Shown here piece by piece: positions 15,643 through 24,321 of a DNA stretch of 64,000 nt (within the stretch, counting starts at the first letter, position 1; every line of letters starts with the position of its first letter). Made by a program: the position numbers and the translations under genes. Under the pieces are notes generated by a model. That model saw nothing but the letters and a program-made list of their open reading frames with translations, was not told the DNA's origin and did not search any database. The stretch lies in NCBI GenBank assembly GCA_030765685.1, contig JAVCCB010000013.1:4761-68760 (forward strand), in the 5' to 3' direction. Source of the stretch: Candidatus Tantalella remota (GTDB lineage Bacteria; Omnitrophota; Gorgyraeia; Tantalellales; Tantalellaceae).

Positions 15643-17091
15643 TTGGATAACAAAAAACGCTATTTCGTGAGTCTGAAGACAAAAGCGGCGCTCATGGCGC
15701 TTATCGCGGGACTCGTTATTATTTACCTTAGCAACTTTTACTTTTCCGCAAAAGCGGAAAAGATCCTTTACCGATATAGCCTCCAGAGGATGAACGCTTT
15801 AGCGCAGCTCTTTGCCCTTAATGCCAGCCAGGGGAAACTTTTGCAGAACAGGGGAATAGCGGAACGTTTGTGTTACAGCGTCAACGAAGACCCTGATGTG
15901 TTATTCGCGCTTGTTATAGATGAGGACAAAAAAATATTTGCGGGCAATTACGCGGGGATCCCGGGAAGTTATTTTAAGCGCATAACGGAAGTCCTGAGTT
16001 CCAGCGAAAAAGATTTTTCGAAGAAGACGGCTATCCTTGAAGAGGAGACGGGCAACGGCGGAGGACTTATGATCCAGCCGATATATTCCGCGAGTATGAA
16101 AGCCACGGTAGGAAGCGGTTTTATTGAAGACCAGGGGTCTGTGAGGAAGATACTTGGATACAGCGTTATCGCGTTCAGCCTGGAAAATATCAAGACCGAG
16201 ATAAGGGCTATGCGGACCAAAATAGTGGCTCTTTTATCCGTAGCCCTTGTCCTGATAATAATAGTCTTTTACGCCTTGGTAACGCTCCTTACCCGCAACC
16301 TGAGACGTCTCTTGGAAGCTGCCTCCCGCCTTGAGAAGGGCGATCTCACAGCGCGTGTTAATATCCAGTCACATGATGAGATCGAAGAACTCGCTGACGG
16401 GTTTAACAAAATGGCGGGTCAGATGGAGGACTCGAACACCGAACTTAAAGACGCGCTTGTGAAGATACAACAGTCTTCACTTGAAACCATTTACAGGCTT
16501 TCGCTTGCGGCGGAATACCGTGATTGGGATACCGGTCATCATCTTTTGCGGATGAGCCATTATGCGAAAGCTATTGCCAAAGAGATGGACCTTGAGCCAA
16601 AGTATACTGAAGCTATCCTTTATGCGTCACTCATGCACGATGTCGGGAAGATAGGCATTCCTGATAACATCCTGCGAAAACCGGGAAAACTTACGCCTCA
16701 GGAATGGGATGTGATGAAGCAGCACACGGTCATTGGGGCGCAAATATTGGAGAGGTCTGAAGCTGAATTCATAAAGATGGCAGAAGGCATAGCTTTATCA
16801 CATCATGAGCGTTGGGACGGGAGCGGTTATCCGCGGGGGCTTAAAGGGGATGAGATCTCTCTCGCGGCGAGGATAGTAGCTGTTGCCGATGTTTTTGAAG
16901 CAATAACTTCCAAGAGGCCTTACAAAGAGGCTTTTTCTGTAGAGACCGCGTTCAACATAATAAAAGAAGGACGAGGGACGCATTTTGATCCAACGGTCGT
17001 CGATGCTTTCTTCGAGATCAAAGATGAGATCCTTAATATAAAGAATCGGGATTACCATCCGGAAGACCCCCGGATACACGACGAAAAATAA
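15643..17091 (+). CDS. HD-GYP domain c-di-GMP phosphodiesterase with an N-terminal periplasmic sensor and a HAMP linker
   Basis: Two TM helices bracket a ~170 aa extracytoplasmic region. HAMP-like segment: LLEAASRLEKGDLTARVNIQSHDEIEELADGFNKMAGQM. HD-GYP signatures: LMHDVGKIGIPDNILRKPGKLT...HHERWDGSGYPRGL. TTG start at 15643. Confidence 0.8.
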   Translation: MDNKKRYFVSLKTKAALMALIAGLVIIYLSNFYFSAKAEKILYRYSLQRMNALAQLFALNASQGKLLQNRGIAERLCYSVNEDPDVLFALVIDEDKKIFAGNYAGIPGSYFKRITEVLSSSEKDFSKKTAILEEETGNGGGLMIQPIYSASMKATVGSGFIEDQGSVRKILGYSVIAFSLENIKTEIRAMRTKIVALLSVALVLIIIVFYALVTLLTRNLRRLLEAASRLEKGDLTARVNIQSHDEIEELADGFNKMAGQMEDSNTELKDALVKIQQSSLETIYRLSLAAEYRDWDTGHHLLRMSHYAKAIAKEMDLEPKYTEAILYASLMHDVGKIGIPDNILRKPGKLTPQEWDVMKQHTVIGAQILERSEAEFIKMAEGIALSHHERWDGSGYPRGLKGDEISLAARIVAVADVFEAITSKRPYKEAFSVETAFNIIKEGRGTHFDPTVVDAFFEIKDEILNIKNRDYHPEDPRIHDEK

Positions 17092-17105
17092 CAGGGAGCT
17101 GTGAG

Positions 17106-17348
17106 ATGGGATTTGTTATGTCACTTGTTTTTATATTGTTTGCGTCATGCAGCCTTTACCTGGGCCTCTTTCTTTACAGCAAGCCTGAACGGGCCATCGA
17201 GTTGCAGCAGGGTTTTTACAAAAATATAAACTGGCGCATGGAACCCATTTCTATACAGCGAGAGATAAAAAGCACCAGGTTTATGGGCGTGTTCCTTATG
17301 GTGGTAACGGTTCTTATGATCGCATATGTGTTTGTGAACGGAAGATGA
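17106..17348 (+). CDS. Small membrane protein (80 aa, two TM helices)
   Basis: MGFVMSLVFILFASCSLYLGLFLY...FMGVFLMVVTVLMIAYVFVNGR. It immediately follows the HD-GYP gene on the same strand. Confidence 0.4.
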   Translation: MGFVMSLVFILFASCSLYLGLFLYSKPERAIELQQGFYKNINWRMEPISIQREIKSTRFMGVFLMVVTVLMIAYVFVNGR

Positions 17349-17379
17349 CAGGCAGATTTTCGGCCTGCGGGGAGTATCT

Positions 17380-17532
17380 ATGAATAAAGAAGGATCTCTG
17401 AGCGATTGGGGCGTGAAAATGTGCCCCGTACGGAACAAACAGTGCCTGGAAGACGAGTGCGCGTGGTGGCGGGAAGAAGAAAAGGCATGTGCCGTGAAGA
17501 TTATTCCGGGGATGCCGGAACACAAAGGATAA
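17380..17532 (+). CDS. Possible small Cys-containing protein (50 aa)
   Basis: Hand translation: MNKEGSLSDWGVKMCPVRNKQCLEDECAWWREEEKACAVKIIPGMPEHKG*. It is below the track length cut-off and has no clear RBS. Confidence 0.25.
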   Translation: MNKEGSLSDWGVKMCPVRNKQCLEDECAWWREEEKACAVKIIPGMPEHKG

Positions 17533-17536
17533 TGCT

Positions 17537-17680
17537 ATGGATATCTGGAAATACTGCAGTTGCAATGCTGCATCTATATGCCCTTTTTGCAAGATGTTGA
17601 TGGTCGTCACGCTTGCAGTGTTGGCTGCGATATTTGGATACCTGGTAGGAAAAAGGAAGGGTAACAAGCCTGGATGAACC
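17537..17680 (+). CDS. Possible small membrane protein with an N-terminal Cys cluster (47 aa)
   Basis: Hand translation: MDIWKYCSCNAASICPFCKMLMVVTLAVLAAIFGYLVGKRKGNKPG*. A CxC..CPFC motif is followed by a TM helix. Confidence 0.25.
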
Positions 17681-17684
17681 CATC

Positions 17685-18503
17685 ATGAAGATCCTTCTGG
17701 TAATTATACTGGTTTTTTCGTTCTCAATAGCCTGTTCCGCTCAGCAGGATGATGTGCAAATGCGTATTTTTAACGTTAAACACGGGGATACGGATTCAGT
17801 ATATCAGGTGCTCGACCATATGAAGAGTCCCGATGGAAAAGTCACGGCGCATACTGCTACGGGAAATATAATCGTTATTGATCATCCCGCGAATCTTCAG
17901 CAGATGACCGTTGTGATGGCGAAGGTCGATGTTCGTAAAGAACAGGTGATGATAACCGTAGTCATCGCCGATGTGGGGCGGATCTTTATCGAAAAGGGCG
18001 GCCTCACTTTAGGTCAGTCCGTTCTGACTCCGGAAAATTTTGGAAAAATCCAATATCTTCTTGAGCAAGGGGAAGATTCCCTCGTTAAGACGGAGATGTC
18101 AGTAAGGACATTGAGCGGAAAACCCGCTAGAATACAGACGGGAACCAACAAAGAGTTCGTTAATACATGGTCAGTCAAGGGCGGAGTGCTTGTGATCGTT
18201 GCCGCCGCTGAAAGATTTGCCGGAGACATGCTTGAGGTCATTCCCCGAGTCAATAGCGATGGGACAATAGAAGTAGCGATGCGGCCTGAGGTGAGCGAAT
18301 TCCGAACAGACAGCGTAAAACATGAGCGATCCGCTTTTACGCGGGTTAGCGTCAAAAATGGAGAAACGATAGTCGTCGGAAGCATAGACAGTTCCGGGGA
18401 ATATCGCCGCCAGTCAAAGCTTCTGCACGCGGAACCCACGATCGCGGAGAGAACGACGGTGGACAATATTGTTATGATGTTTCTTACAGTGGATATATTA
18501 TAG
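17685..18503 (+). CDS. Short secretin-like outer-membrane protein (GspD/PilQ secretin C-terminal-domain-like) with a signal peptide
   Basis: Signal peptide MKILLVIILVFSFSIACSAQ. The N-terminal segment (VQMRIFNVKHGDTDSVYQVL) resembles secretin N domains. The central segment (LVKTEMSVRTLSGKPARIQTGTNKEFV) and C-terminal pattern (RVSVKNGETIVVGS...TVDNIVMMFLTVDIL) resemble the secretin domain (RxxDGETxVIGG...ELLIFITP). At 272 aa it is much shorter than canonical secretins. Confidence 0.5.
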   Translation: MKILLVIILVFSFSIACSAQQDDVQMRIFNVKHGDTDSVYQVLDHMKSPDGKVTAHTATGNIIVIDHPANLQQMTVVMAKVDVRKEQVMITVVIADVGRIFIEKGGLTLGQSVLTPENFGKIQYLLEQGEDSLVKTEMSVRTLSGKPARIQTGTNKEFVNTWSVKGGVLVIVAAAERFAGDMLEVIPRVNSDGTIEVAMRPEVSEFRTDSVKHERSAFTRVSVKNGETIVVGSIDSSGEYRRQSKLLHAEPTIAERTTVDNIVMMFLTVDIL

Positions 18504-18523
18504 GCACGGGTTTAGGTGAAAAA

Positions 18524-19171
18524 ATGAAAATAAAGATTCTTGTATTTTTGAGTCTCTGTATTATGCTCACGGGGTGTTCGAGTCCGCGCGCAGGACAGAG
18601 CTATATGGTTGAAAACATCAAGGAAACTCATTTGAAGGGCCTTACGGACGCGCAGGCTCTGGAGATGTTCCGTCGCATATATGAAACGCCTGTGGATGAT
18701 CCGATAGACCAGTCTGCCAAAGATATAACAATAACTGCTTTTCTGAACGCTTTTCGATCCATGCGCTCGCCAGAAATACGTTCATCGGACGTCTTAAAGA
18801 TAAAGCACAAGAGGGTAGATCTGCGCAAATGGAATGAGCAGGATCTTACGAATACCTACCAGGGTCTTGACGCGCGATTGCGCCGGGTAAAGAAAAAAGT
18901 ATCTGATCCCGGAGCTGACGACGAAAAAAGCCTTTACTGGTCCGTCCAGGACTTCTCCAGCGCGCCCGCGCTTCCGGAAGATGTTTCTGAAAAAGAAAAA
19001 GAGAATACTCCATTGACCATTATCCGGCTGACCGCTATGTATTCGGTAGGTGATGAGCTCAGTCAGAGGGGCGAGACGGCTAAAGGGTGGTCTGTATTTA
19101 AAAGTTCGCTGGGGTTGGCAACAAGCATAGCGGCGAGAGCGGCCATGCTCCTGGCGGGTTTTATTCTATAG
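18524..19171 (+). CDS. Lipoprotein, hypothetical
   Basis: Lipobox LTGCSS after a hydrophobic h-region (MKIKILVFLSLCIMLTGCSS). 215 aa. Confidence 0.6.
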   Translation: MKIKILVFLSLCIMLTGCSSPRAGQSYMVENIKETHLKGLTDAQALEMFRRIYETPVDDPIDQSAKDITITAFLNAFRSMRSPEIRSSDVLKIKHKRVDLRKWNEQDLTNTYQGLDARLRRVKKKVSDPGADDEKSLYWSVQDFSSAPALPEDVSEKEKENTPLTIIRLTAMYSVGDELSQRGETAKGWSVFKSSLGLATSIAARAAMLLAGFIL

Positions 19172-19173
19172 GG

Positions 19174-19446
19174 CTAATCCTCCCGGAGATTCCGGTACAT
19201 GAACTCGTCTTCCATCGGATCTTCAGGATACCACGGATCATCATCGAAAAAGGGCGGAGGAACAGACTCTTCGAAAAGCTGGTTCTGGGTTTTTGGCGGA
19301 ACGGTGTTGACCAGCGCGTTTCCGCCGTCCACATCGTTGTCGAACTGCTTGAGTGCCGCTTCTCTCTCTACATCCTCATCCGAGTGAACGTTTCCGCAAA
19401 AGAACATCAAGCTGAAGATAAAAATAAAAATTTTACACTTAGTCAT
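19174..19446 (-). CDS. Small secreted acidic protein (90 aa)
   Basis: An internal Met of track ORF 19174..19653 gives MTKCKIFIFIFSLMFFCGNVHS|DEDVEREAALK...PPPFFDDDPWYPEDPMEDEF. That is a signal peptide followed by a very acidic, Pro-rich mature region. The longer version overlaps glmM and is rejected. Confidence 0.4.
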   Translation of the reverse strand: MTKCKIFIFIFSLMFFCGNVHSDEDVEREAALKQFDNDVDGGNALVNTVPPKTQNQLFEESVPPPFFDDDPWYPEDPMEDEFMYRNLRED

Positions 19447-19462
19447 ATTTATTATGTGCGGG

Positions 19463-20812
19463 TTATTTGAGTTTCTCGCTGACCAGGTCGGCGATTTTTT
19501 GAGCCAGCGCTTTCGTCTCGTTTTCTGTCGGCCCTTCCACCATGACACGGCACATGTTCTGAGTCCCTGAGTAGCGGACCAGTATGCGCCCTTTGTCGGC
19601 GAGTTCTTTTTCCGCGGCCAGAATGGCGTTTTTGATCTCAGGAATTCCGTCAAGTTCGGGTTTTTCTTTCACGTCCACGTTTACTATTATCTGCGGATAG
19701 GTCTCCATGCAGCTCCCCAGAGATGAGAGTGATCTACCCTCATCTTTCATTACAGCCAATATCTGAAGCGCCGTAAGCATCCCGTCTCCGGAATTATGTT
19801 TATCAAGAAAAATGATATGACCGGAATCTTCTCCGCCAAGCACCGCGCCGTTCTTTACCATCTCTTCACGCACGTATCTGTCACCGACTTTTGCCTGTAT
19901 GTTAGTTATTCCCATTTGATTAAAAGCCTTCGATAATCCAAGATTGCTCATCACAGTTGAAACGACCAGGTCGTTATCCAGCTCGCCTTTTTTCTTCATA
20001 TGATTCGCGCAGATCGCCAGCATCTTATCGCCTGTCAGCACCATTCCTATTTCATCGACGGCTATAAGCCTGTCTCCGTCTCCGTCAAAAGCGAAGCCGA
20101 CGTCCGCTTTTTCTCTTACGACCGTCTCAGCCAGTTCTTCGGGGTGGAGAGCGCCGCAATTATGATTGATGTTCATTCCGTCGGGGGAAGTGTTTATGGC
20201 TATGGTTTTAGCCCGCATCTCAGTAAAAAGGGTGGGTGCTACGCGATATGTAGCTCCATTAGCGCAGTCGAGGACTACCTTGAGGCCTTCCAGGTTCTCG
20301 TGCCTTGGGAAGGTATGTTTTAAAAATACTATATACCTCCCGCGGGCGTCTTCTTCTTTCAGGACTTTTCCTATTTTTTCCGGAGGGCATAAGAGATCCT
20401 TCAGTTTTCCCGAAAAGACAAGGTCCTCGATCTCTTCTTCTTTTTTATCGGTAAGTTTGCCTTCCTCGGCAAAAAAGATCTTGATGCCGTTATCCTCGAA
20501 AGGGTTGTGGGAAGCCGAGATGACTATCCCGCATTCGGCGTCCATGTTCTCTGTGATAAAATCTATTCCGGGAGTGGGCATAGGGCCTACAAGGATAACG
20601 TCAGCTCCCATAGAAGTAAGACCCGAAACGAGCGCGCTTTCGAGCATGTACCCGGAAAGTCTGGTATCTTTGCCAACTACTACTCGGGTGTGCCTGCCGG
20701 GCTTCCGCGCGAGGTGGGCAACGGCCTGTCCGACCTTAAGCGCTATCTCGGAAGTCATGGGTTCCTGATTAGTAATACCTCTAACACCGTCGGTCCCGAA
20801 CAACTTACCCAT
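19463..20812 (-). CDS. glmM: Phosphoglucosamine mutase
   Basis: N-terminus MGKLFGTDGVRG. The active-site serine region SASHNPFEDNGIKIF and the metal-binding GDGDGDR segment are present. Length 449 aa. Confidence 0.9.
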   Translation of the reverse strand: MGKLFGTDGVRGITNQEPMTSEIALKVGQAVAHLARKPGRHTRVVVGKDTRLSGYMLESALVSGLTSMGADVILVGPMPTPGIDFITENMDAECGIVISASHNPFEDNGIKIFFAEEGKLTDKKEEEIEDLVFSGKLKDLLCPPEKIGKVLKEEDARGRYIVFLKHTFPRHENLEGLKVVLDCANGATYRVAPTLFTEMRAKTIAINTSPDGMNINHNCGALHPEELAETVVREKADVGFAFDGDGDRLIAVDEIGMVLTGDKMLAICANHMKKKGELDNDLVVSTVMSNLGLSKAFNQMGITNIQAKVGDRYVREEMVKNGAVLGGEDSGHIIFLDKHNSGDGMLTALQILAVMKDEGRSLSSLGSCMETYPQIIVNVDVKEKPELDGIPEIKNAILAAEKELADKGRILVRYSGTQNMCRVMVEGPTENETKALAQKIADLVSEKLK

Positions 20813-20815
20813 TTA

Positions 20816-21634
20816 TCAGCTCCTTTTTTGCAGATCCTGTTGCTGTCTTAATTTTATTATTGTGTTCGCCGGGTGATATCCGCCAACCGTAGAATTCGGA
20901 TATACAAGTACATTCCGTGAAAGAAGAGTCCCCGGACTTGTTACGGAATTGCAGCCCATCTCAACACCATCGCCAAGAATAGCGCCAAACTTTTTCAAAC
21001 CCGTTTCGTATCTTTTTCCGTCCACCTTCAAAACTACCTGTTCATTTAATATTTTCAGATTGGCGAGCTTTGTTCCGGCGCCCAGATTCACTTTTCCGAG
21101 GATGCTGTCACCTATGTACGCGAAATGTCCCGCCTTGCTTCCGGCGAGCAGGACAGAGGACTTTACTTCTGTAGCGTGCCCTATGACACAACCCGGCCCT
21201 GTAATGACATCACCGCGGATATACGCTCCCTGGCGCACCTCGGTATTGTCTCCTATTATCGCGGGGCCCTTGATCATGGCTCCCGACTCTATTATGGATC
21301 CTCTGCCGAGCTGGATGCCCTCATCCATAAGAACGGCGCCGGCATATATTACTGACGCTCCGTCAAGCTCTTTATCATTCACCGTCACTCGCAGTTGTCC
21401 CTTTGAAGCCGCTCCGCTTGCGGTAAATTTACCTTCGACCAGGGCGCCTTTATGAATCACCGCTGTGGTCACAAGGGGAGAACCGCAGGTAAGAATAGGG
21501 GGAATATTAGGAACGATAACCTTGCCTATATAGGATTTAAGTAAGGAAAGAGCCTCCCATACGTTCTCTACTCCATCGAAAAGCTTGTTGAATGGTGTTT
21601 TATCGAGATCAAAAAAATCTTCTGGGCTTAACAT
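20816..21634 (-). CDS. Left-handed beta-helix (hexapeptide-repeat) acetyltransferase, GlmU C-terminal-domain-like
   Basis: Hexapeptide repeats throughout. The segment SKAGHFAYIGDSILGKVNLGAGTKLAN...FGAILGDGVEMGCNSVTSPGTLLSRNVLV parallels the GlmU acetyltransferase domain (SKAGHLTYLGDAEIG..VNIGAGTITCNYDG...IGDDVFVGSDTQLVAPV). Its stop is 3 nt from the glmM start, which suggests an operon. Confidence 0.65.
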   Translation of the reverse strand: MLSPEDFFDLDKTPFNKLFDGVENVWEALSLLKSYIGKVIVPNIPPILTCGSPLVTTAVIHKGALVEGKFTASGAASKGQLRVTVNDKELDGASVIYAGAVLMDEGIQLGRGSIIESGAMIKGPAIIGDNTEVRQGAYIRGDVITGPGCVIGHATEVKSSVLLAGSKAGHFAYIGDSILGKVNLGAGTKLANLKILNEQVVLKVDGKRYETGLKKFGAILGDGVEMGCNSVTSPGTLLSRNVLVYPNSTVGGYHPANTIIKLRQQQDLQKRS

Positions 21635-21817
21635 AATCTCCTCTTGGTAGTTTTGTTACCGAAGTATATTAAAACACAACTTTGGGTTTGTTGCAATGAG
21701 TTCTGCGCCCGGCGGCATGGAATAAAGGTTTTTTGTATTTATTGTTGCTCTTAGACGCGTTAAAGGGGTATAATATCACTAATCGGTGATAATTATCTTT
21801 TTAAACAAGGGGGAAAC

Positions 21818-22039
21818 ATGAAAAAAGCATTAACTATCCTTATCGTCTTTGCGCTGGTAATGAGCTGCGCGATAGCCTTCGCGGCTGAAGACACATCCAC
21901 CACTACCACAGGTCAAGGTGGCTTTTTCAACGACGCGGCAGATCTGTTCAGAGTACAGATAGCGGACACGCCGAACCAGAAATCCAAGACCAACAGGATC
22001 TTTGAACAGACTCCTGGTCGCGGAAACAAAACAAAATAA
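21818..22039 (+). CDS. Small secreted protein (73 aa)
   Basis: Signal peptide MKKALTILIVFALVMSCAIAFAAED. Thr-rich. Followed by tandem hairpins and a terminator. Confidence 0.45.
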   Translation: MKKALTILIVFALVMSCAIAFAAEDTSTTTTGQGGFFNDAADLFRVQIADTPNQKSKTNRIFEQTPGRGNKTK

Positions 22040-22075
22040 GTCAAAATAGCGGGAACAAGCAGTTCCCGCGAAAAG

Positions 22076-22105
22076 GCCTGTCCCCGAAAGGGGCAGGCTT
22101 TTTTT
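22076..22105 (+). terminator. Intrinsic terminator. It is preceded by a second hairpin at 22049..22069.
   Basis: gcctgtccccgaaaggggcaggc followed by ttttttt. The upstream hairpin is gcgggaac-aagca-gttcccgc. Confidence 0.6.
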
Positions 22106-22203
22106 GTATCCTTCAGCGGCTTGAATTCTGTAAGATGTAGTGTATATTTACTGTTGGTCTATCTATATGCTTTGAAGGTTGTGGTTTACATAAGGGAGAA
22201 ACA

Positions 22204-22551
22204 ATGAAGAGAACAACAGCTATTATTTTGACGATGTGCATCATGGCCGCTTTTGTTACCGCCGGTTGTGGCGCCCAAAAAGCCGGCTCAAGTACGGCCG
22301 CCATTGATTATTCCAAAACACTGGCGACAGTTCAGGAAAAGACAACATACTTGGTAGGGCAGGCTAAATCATTCTACAATTCAAAAGATTTTCAGGGATC
22401 AGTCGATATCGCGCAGTACGTTCTTAGGTATCTTGATAAGGATTCAGCTGCGGCCAAATCACTTCTCCAGAAAGCTCAGGAAGGATTGACGGCACAGCTT
22501 AAGCAAAAAGCGGAAGAAGTGAAAAAAGGTTTTGCGGGATTCGGACAGTAA
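22204..22551 (+). CDS. Lipoprotein, hypothetical (115 aa)
   Basis: MKRTTAIILTMCIMAAFVTAGCGAQ (lipobox TAGC). GGAGAAAC RBS region. Confidence 0.55.
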   Translation: MKRTTAIILTMCIMAAFVTAGCGAQKAGSSTAAIDYSKTLATVQEKTTYLVGQAKSFYNSKDFQGSVDIAQYVLRYLDKDSAAAKSLLQKAQEGLTAQLKQKAEEVKKGFAGFGQ

Positions 22552-22587
22552 ATAGATAGAGCAGGTTCATGAAATAAGGAGGGTCAT

Positions 22588-22908
22588 ATGAAAAAGGTTT
22601 TAGCAATTATTCTGGTTCTGGCTATCGCACTTAGCTGTACGCCCGCGTTCGCCGCTTCAAAAGGGATGAAGGGCCCCAGCGCATCCGCGCTCGCTAATGC
22701 CAGCGACAGATCGGCAGTAGATAAAGTGGGTGACTGGATCGCCACAAGGGGAAAAACGTCTAACGAGGCACAGAAGGTGATAGCTGAAAGACAGACCAAG
22801 AGAATGGCGAAAAAAGCGGAAAAAGAAGCCAGAAAAAAAGCCAAACAGGCTGAGAAGCAGGCAAAGAAAACTTCTAAGGACATGAAGGGCAAGTTCGGCA
22901 AGAAATAG
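22588..22908 (+). CDS. Small secreted Lys-rich protein (106 aa)
   Basis: Signal peptide MKKVLAIILVLAIALSCTPAFAAS. The C-terminus is highly basic (KKAEKEARKKAKQAEKQAKK). AAGGAGGG RBS. Confidence 0.5.
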   Translation: MKKVLAIILVLAIALSCTPAFAASKGMKGPSASALANASDRSAVDKVGDWIATRGKTSNEAQKVIAERQTKRMAKKAEKEARKKAKQAEKQAKKTSKDMKGKFGKK

Positions 22909-22951
22909 TTATTATTTTTACAAATCGCAGTAAAAACGAAAGGAGCTCAGA

Positions 22952-23119
22952 ATGGGGACAATTTTAGGTCTTTTAATTCTCGTGCTTGACATCATCGCGA
23001 TAGTGGATTGTGTAAAGAGTGACTGGGAAACAGGGAAAAAGGTTCTCTGGATAGTCCTGATCCTCGTACTGCCGCTCGTCGGTATGATACTGTATTTTCT
23101 CCTGGGAAAAAAGAAGTAA
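22952..23119 (+). CDS. PLDc_N-type small membrane protein (55 aa)
   Basis: Hand translation MGTILGLLILVLDIIAIVDCVKSDWETGKKVLWIVLILVLPLVGMILYFLLGKKK* matches the phospholipase-D N-terminal domain family pattern (LDIIAI ... KxLW..LI..LPxxGxxxYF). AAAGGAG RBS at 22938. A probable terminator hairpin lies at 23148..23180 (gggcgttc-tcgaaagg-gaacgtcc-tttcttt). Confidence 0.55.
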   Translation: MGTILGLLILVLDIIAIVDCVKSDWETGKKVLWIVLILVLPLVGMILYFLLGKKK

Positions 23120-23220
23120 GCAATTTCCGGCAGAAAAACGATATAAAAGGGCGTTCTCGAAAGGGAACGTCCTTTCTTTGTCTCCCCACGATACCAGCGA
23201 AGAAGTTTAAGGTTCAGGTT

Positions 23221-23310
23221 AAATCGTCATCCCCGAATGCGACCGAGGGGCATAGGTCCCCGAGGAAGTGCCGAATGCCACAGGGCTTCGGCCTCTGAGC
23301 GGGGATCCAA
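23221..23310. repeat. ~90 bp intergenic repeat, copy A (aatcgtcatccccg...cggggatccaa), with 8-bp terminal inverted ends
   Basis: aaatcgtcatccccgaatgcgaccgaggggcataggtccccgaggaagtgccgaatgccacagggcttcggcctctgagcggggatccaa matches 30950..31039 by eye, in the same orientation. Inverted ends are ATCCCCG/CGGGGAT. Confidence 0.6.
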
Positions 23311-23427
23311 CAAAAACATTATTTATATTTCATTCCCGCTTCCGCGGGAATGACGTCTTTCCATCATCCATTCCCAATTCGCTATTCCCACCTTTACCTT
23401 AACCTGTATTACATGTAAAATGCATGT

Positions 23428-24321
23428 ATGGACAGGAAGATCATAAGCGTTAGCAGGAGAACCGATATTCCCGCGTTCTATTCCGAATGGTTCATGAACC
23501 GTGTGAGGGAAGGGTATTGCACGGTCGTTAACCCCTATAATGCCGCTCAGATCTCACGTGTAAGTCTTGCTCCCGAAGATGTGGAGATCTTTGTGTTCTG
23601 GACAAGAAATGCCGCTCCGCTGATGGAAAACCTGGAAGAGCTCGACAAGAGAGGTTATAAGTACTATTTCCTCTATACTGTCCTTGGGTACCCGAAAGAG
23701 ATCGACCCCTTTTGTCCCACGCTTTCTGAGGTAACAGAGACATTCATTGCACTCAGCAGGATGATCGGAAAAGAAAAAATGGTATGGCGGTACGATCCTG
23801 TGTTGCTTTCCAACAGGACCACACTCAAATGGCATAAAGAACAGTTTTCCCGTATCTCTGAACTTCTTTTAGGTACATTTGAAAAATGCGTATTCAGCAT
23901 TATTGATCCTTATCGCAAAACGACGTCGAGGATCAGCAGAGAAACATCGCGGTCCTTTGAACTTCAGGAAGACGTGTTCGAACCCGAGGCATACCTGCCG
24001 CTTGTCTCATTCATGTCAGAAACAGCAAAGAGGGTGGGTTTTCAACTTTCATCCTGCGCCGAAGATATGGATCTCTCGGAATATGGCGTCTCCCACGGTA
24101 AATGCATAGACGGTGATCTCATCTCCCGGATCACGGGACATCCTGTCTTCGGAAAAAAGGACCCGAACCAGCGTAAAAACTGTAATTGTGTCGTTTCCAA
24201 GGACATCGGTGTGAACAATACATGCATTTACGGCTGCAAATACTGTTACGCGACCAGATCTCAGGAAAAGGCTGGAGAGAACTTCAAAAAACATGATCCC
24301 GAATCGATATCTCTGCTCTAA
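23428..24321 (+). CDS. DUF1848-family protein with a C-terminal Cys cluster
   Basis: N-terminus MDRKIISVSRRTDIPAFYSEWFMNRVREGYC. C-terminal cysteines CNCVVSKDIGVNNTCIYGCKYCYA. The family assignment is from memory of DUF1848 and is not certain. Confidence 0.5.
   Translation: MDRKIISVSRRTDIPAFYSEWFMNRVREGYCTVVNPYNAAQISRVSLAPEDVEIFVFWTRNAAPLMENLEELDKRGYKYYFLYTVLGYPKEIDPFCPTLSEVTETFIALSRMIGKEKMVWRYDPVLLSNRTTLKWHKEQFSRISELLLGTFEKCVFSIIDPYRKTTSRISRETSRSFELQEDVFEPEAYLPLVSFMSETAKRVGFQLSSCAEDMDLSEYGVSHGKCIDGDLISRITGHPVFGKKDPNQRKNCNCVVSKDIGVNNTCIYGCKYCYATRSQEKAGENFKKHDPESISLL

Noticed and set aside
19174-19653. Full-length 159-aa minus-strand ORF overlapping the glmM 3' end
   Set aside because: Its upstream 70 aa overlap the highly confident glmM reading frame in another frame. 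Only the distal 90-aa part, starting at an internal Met with a signal peptide, is kept.
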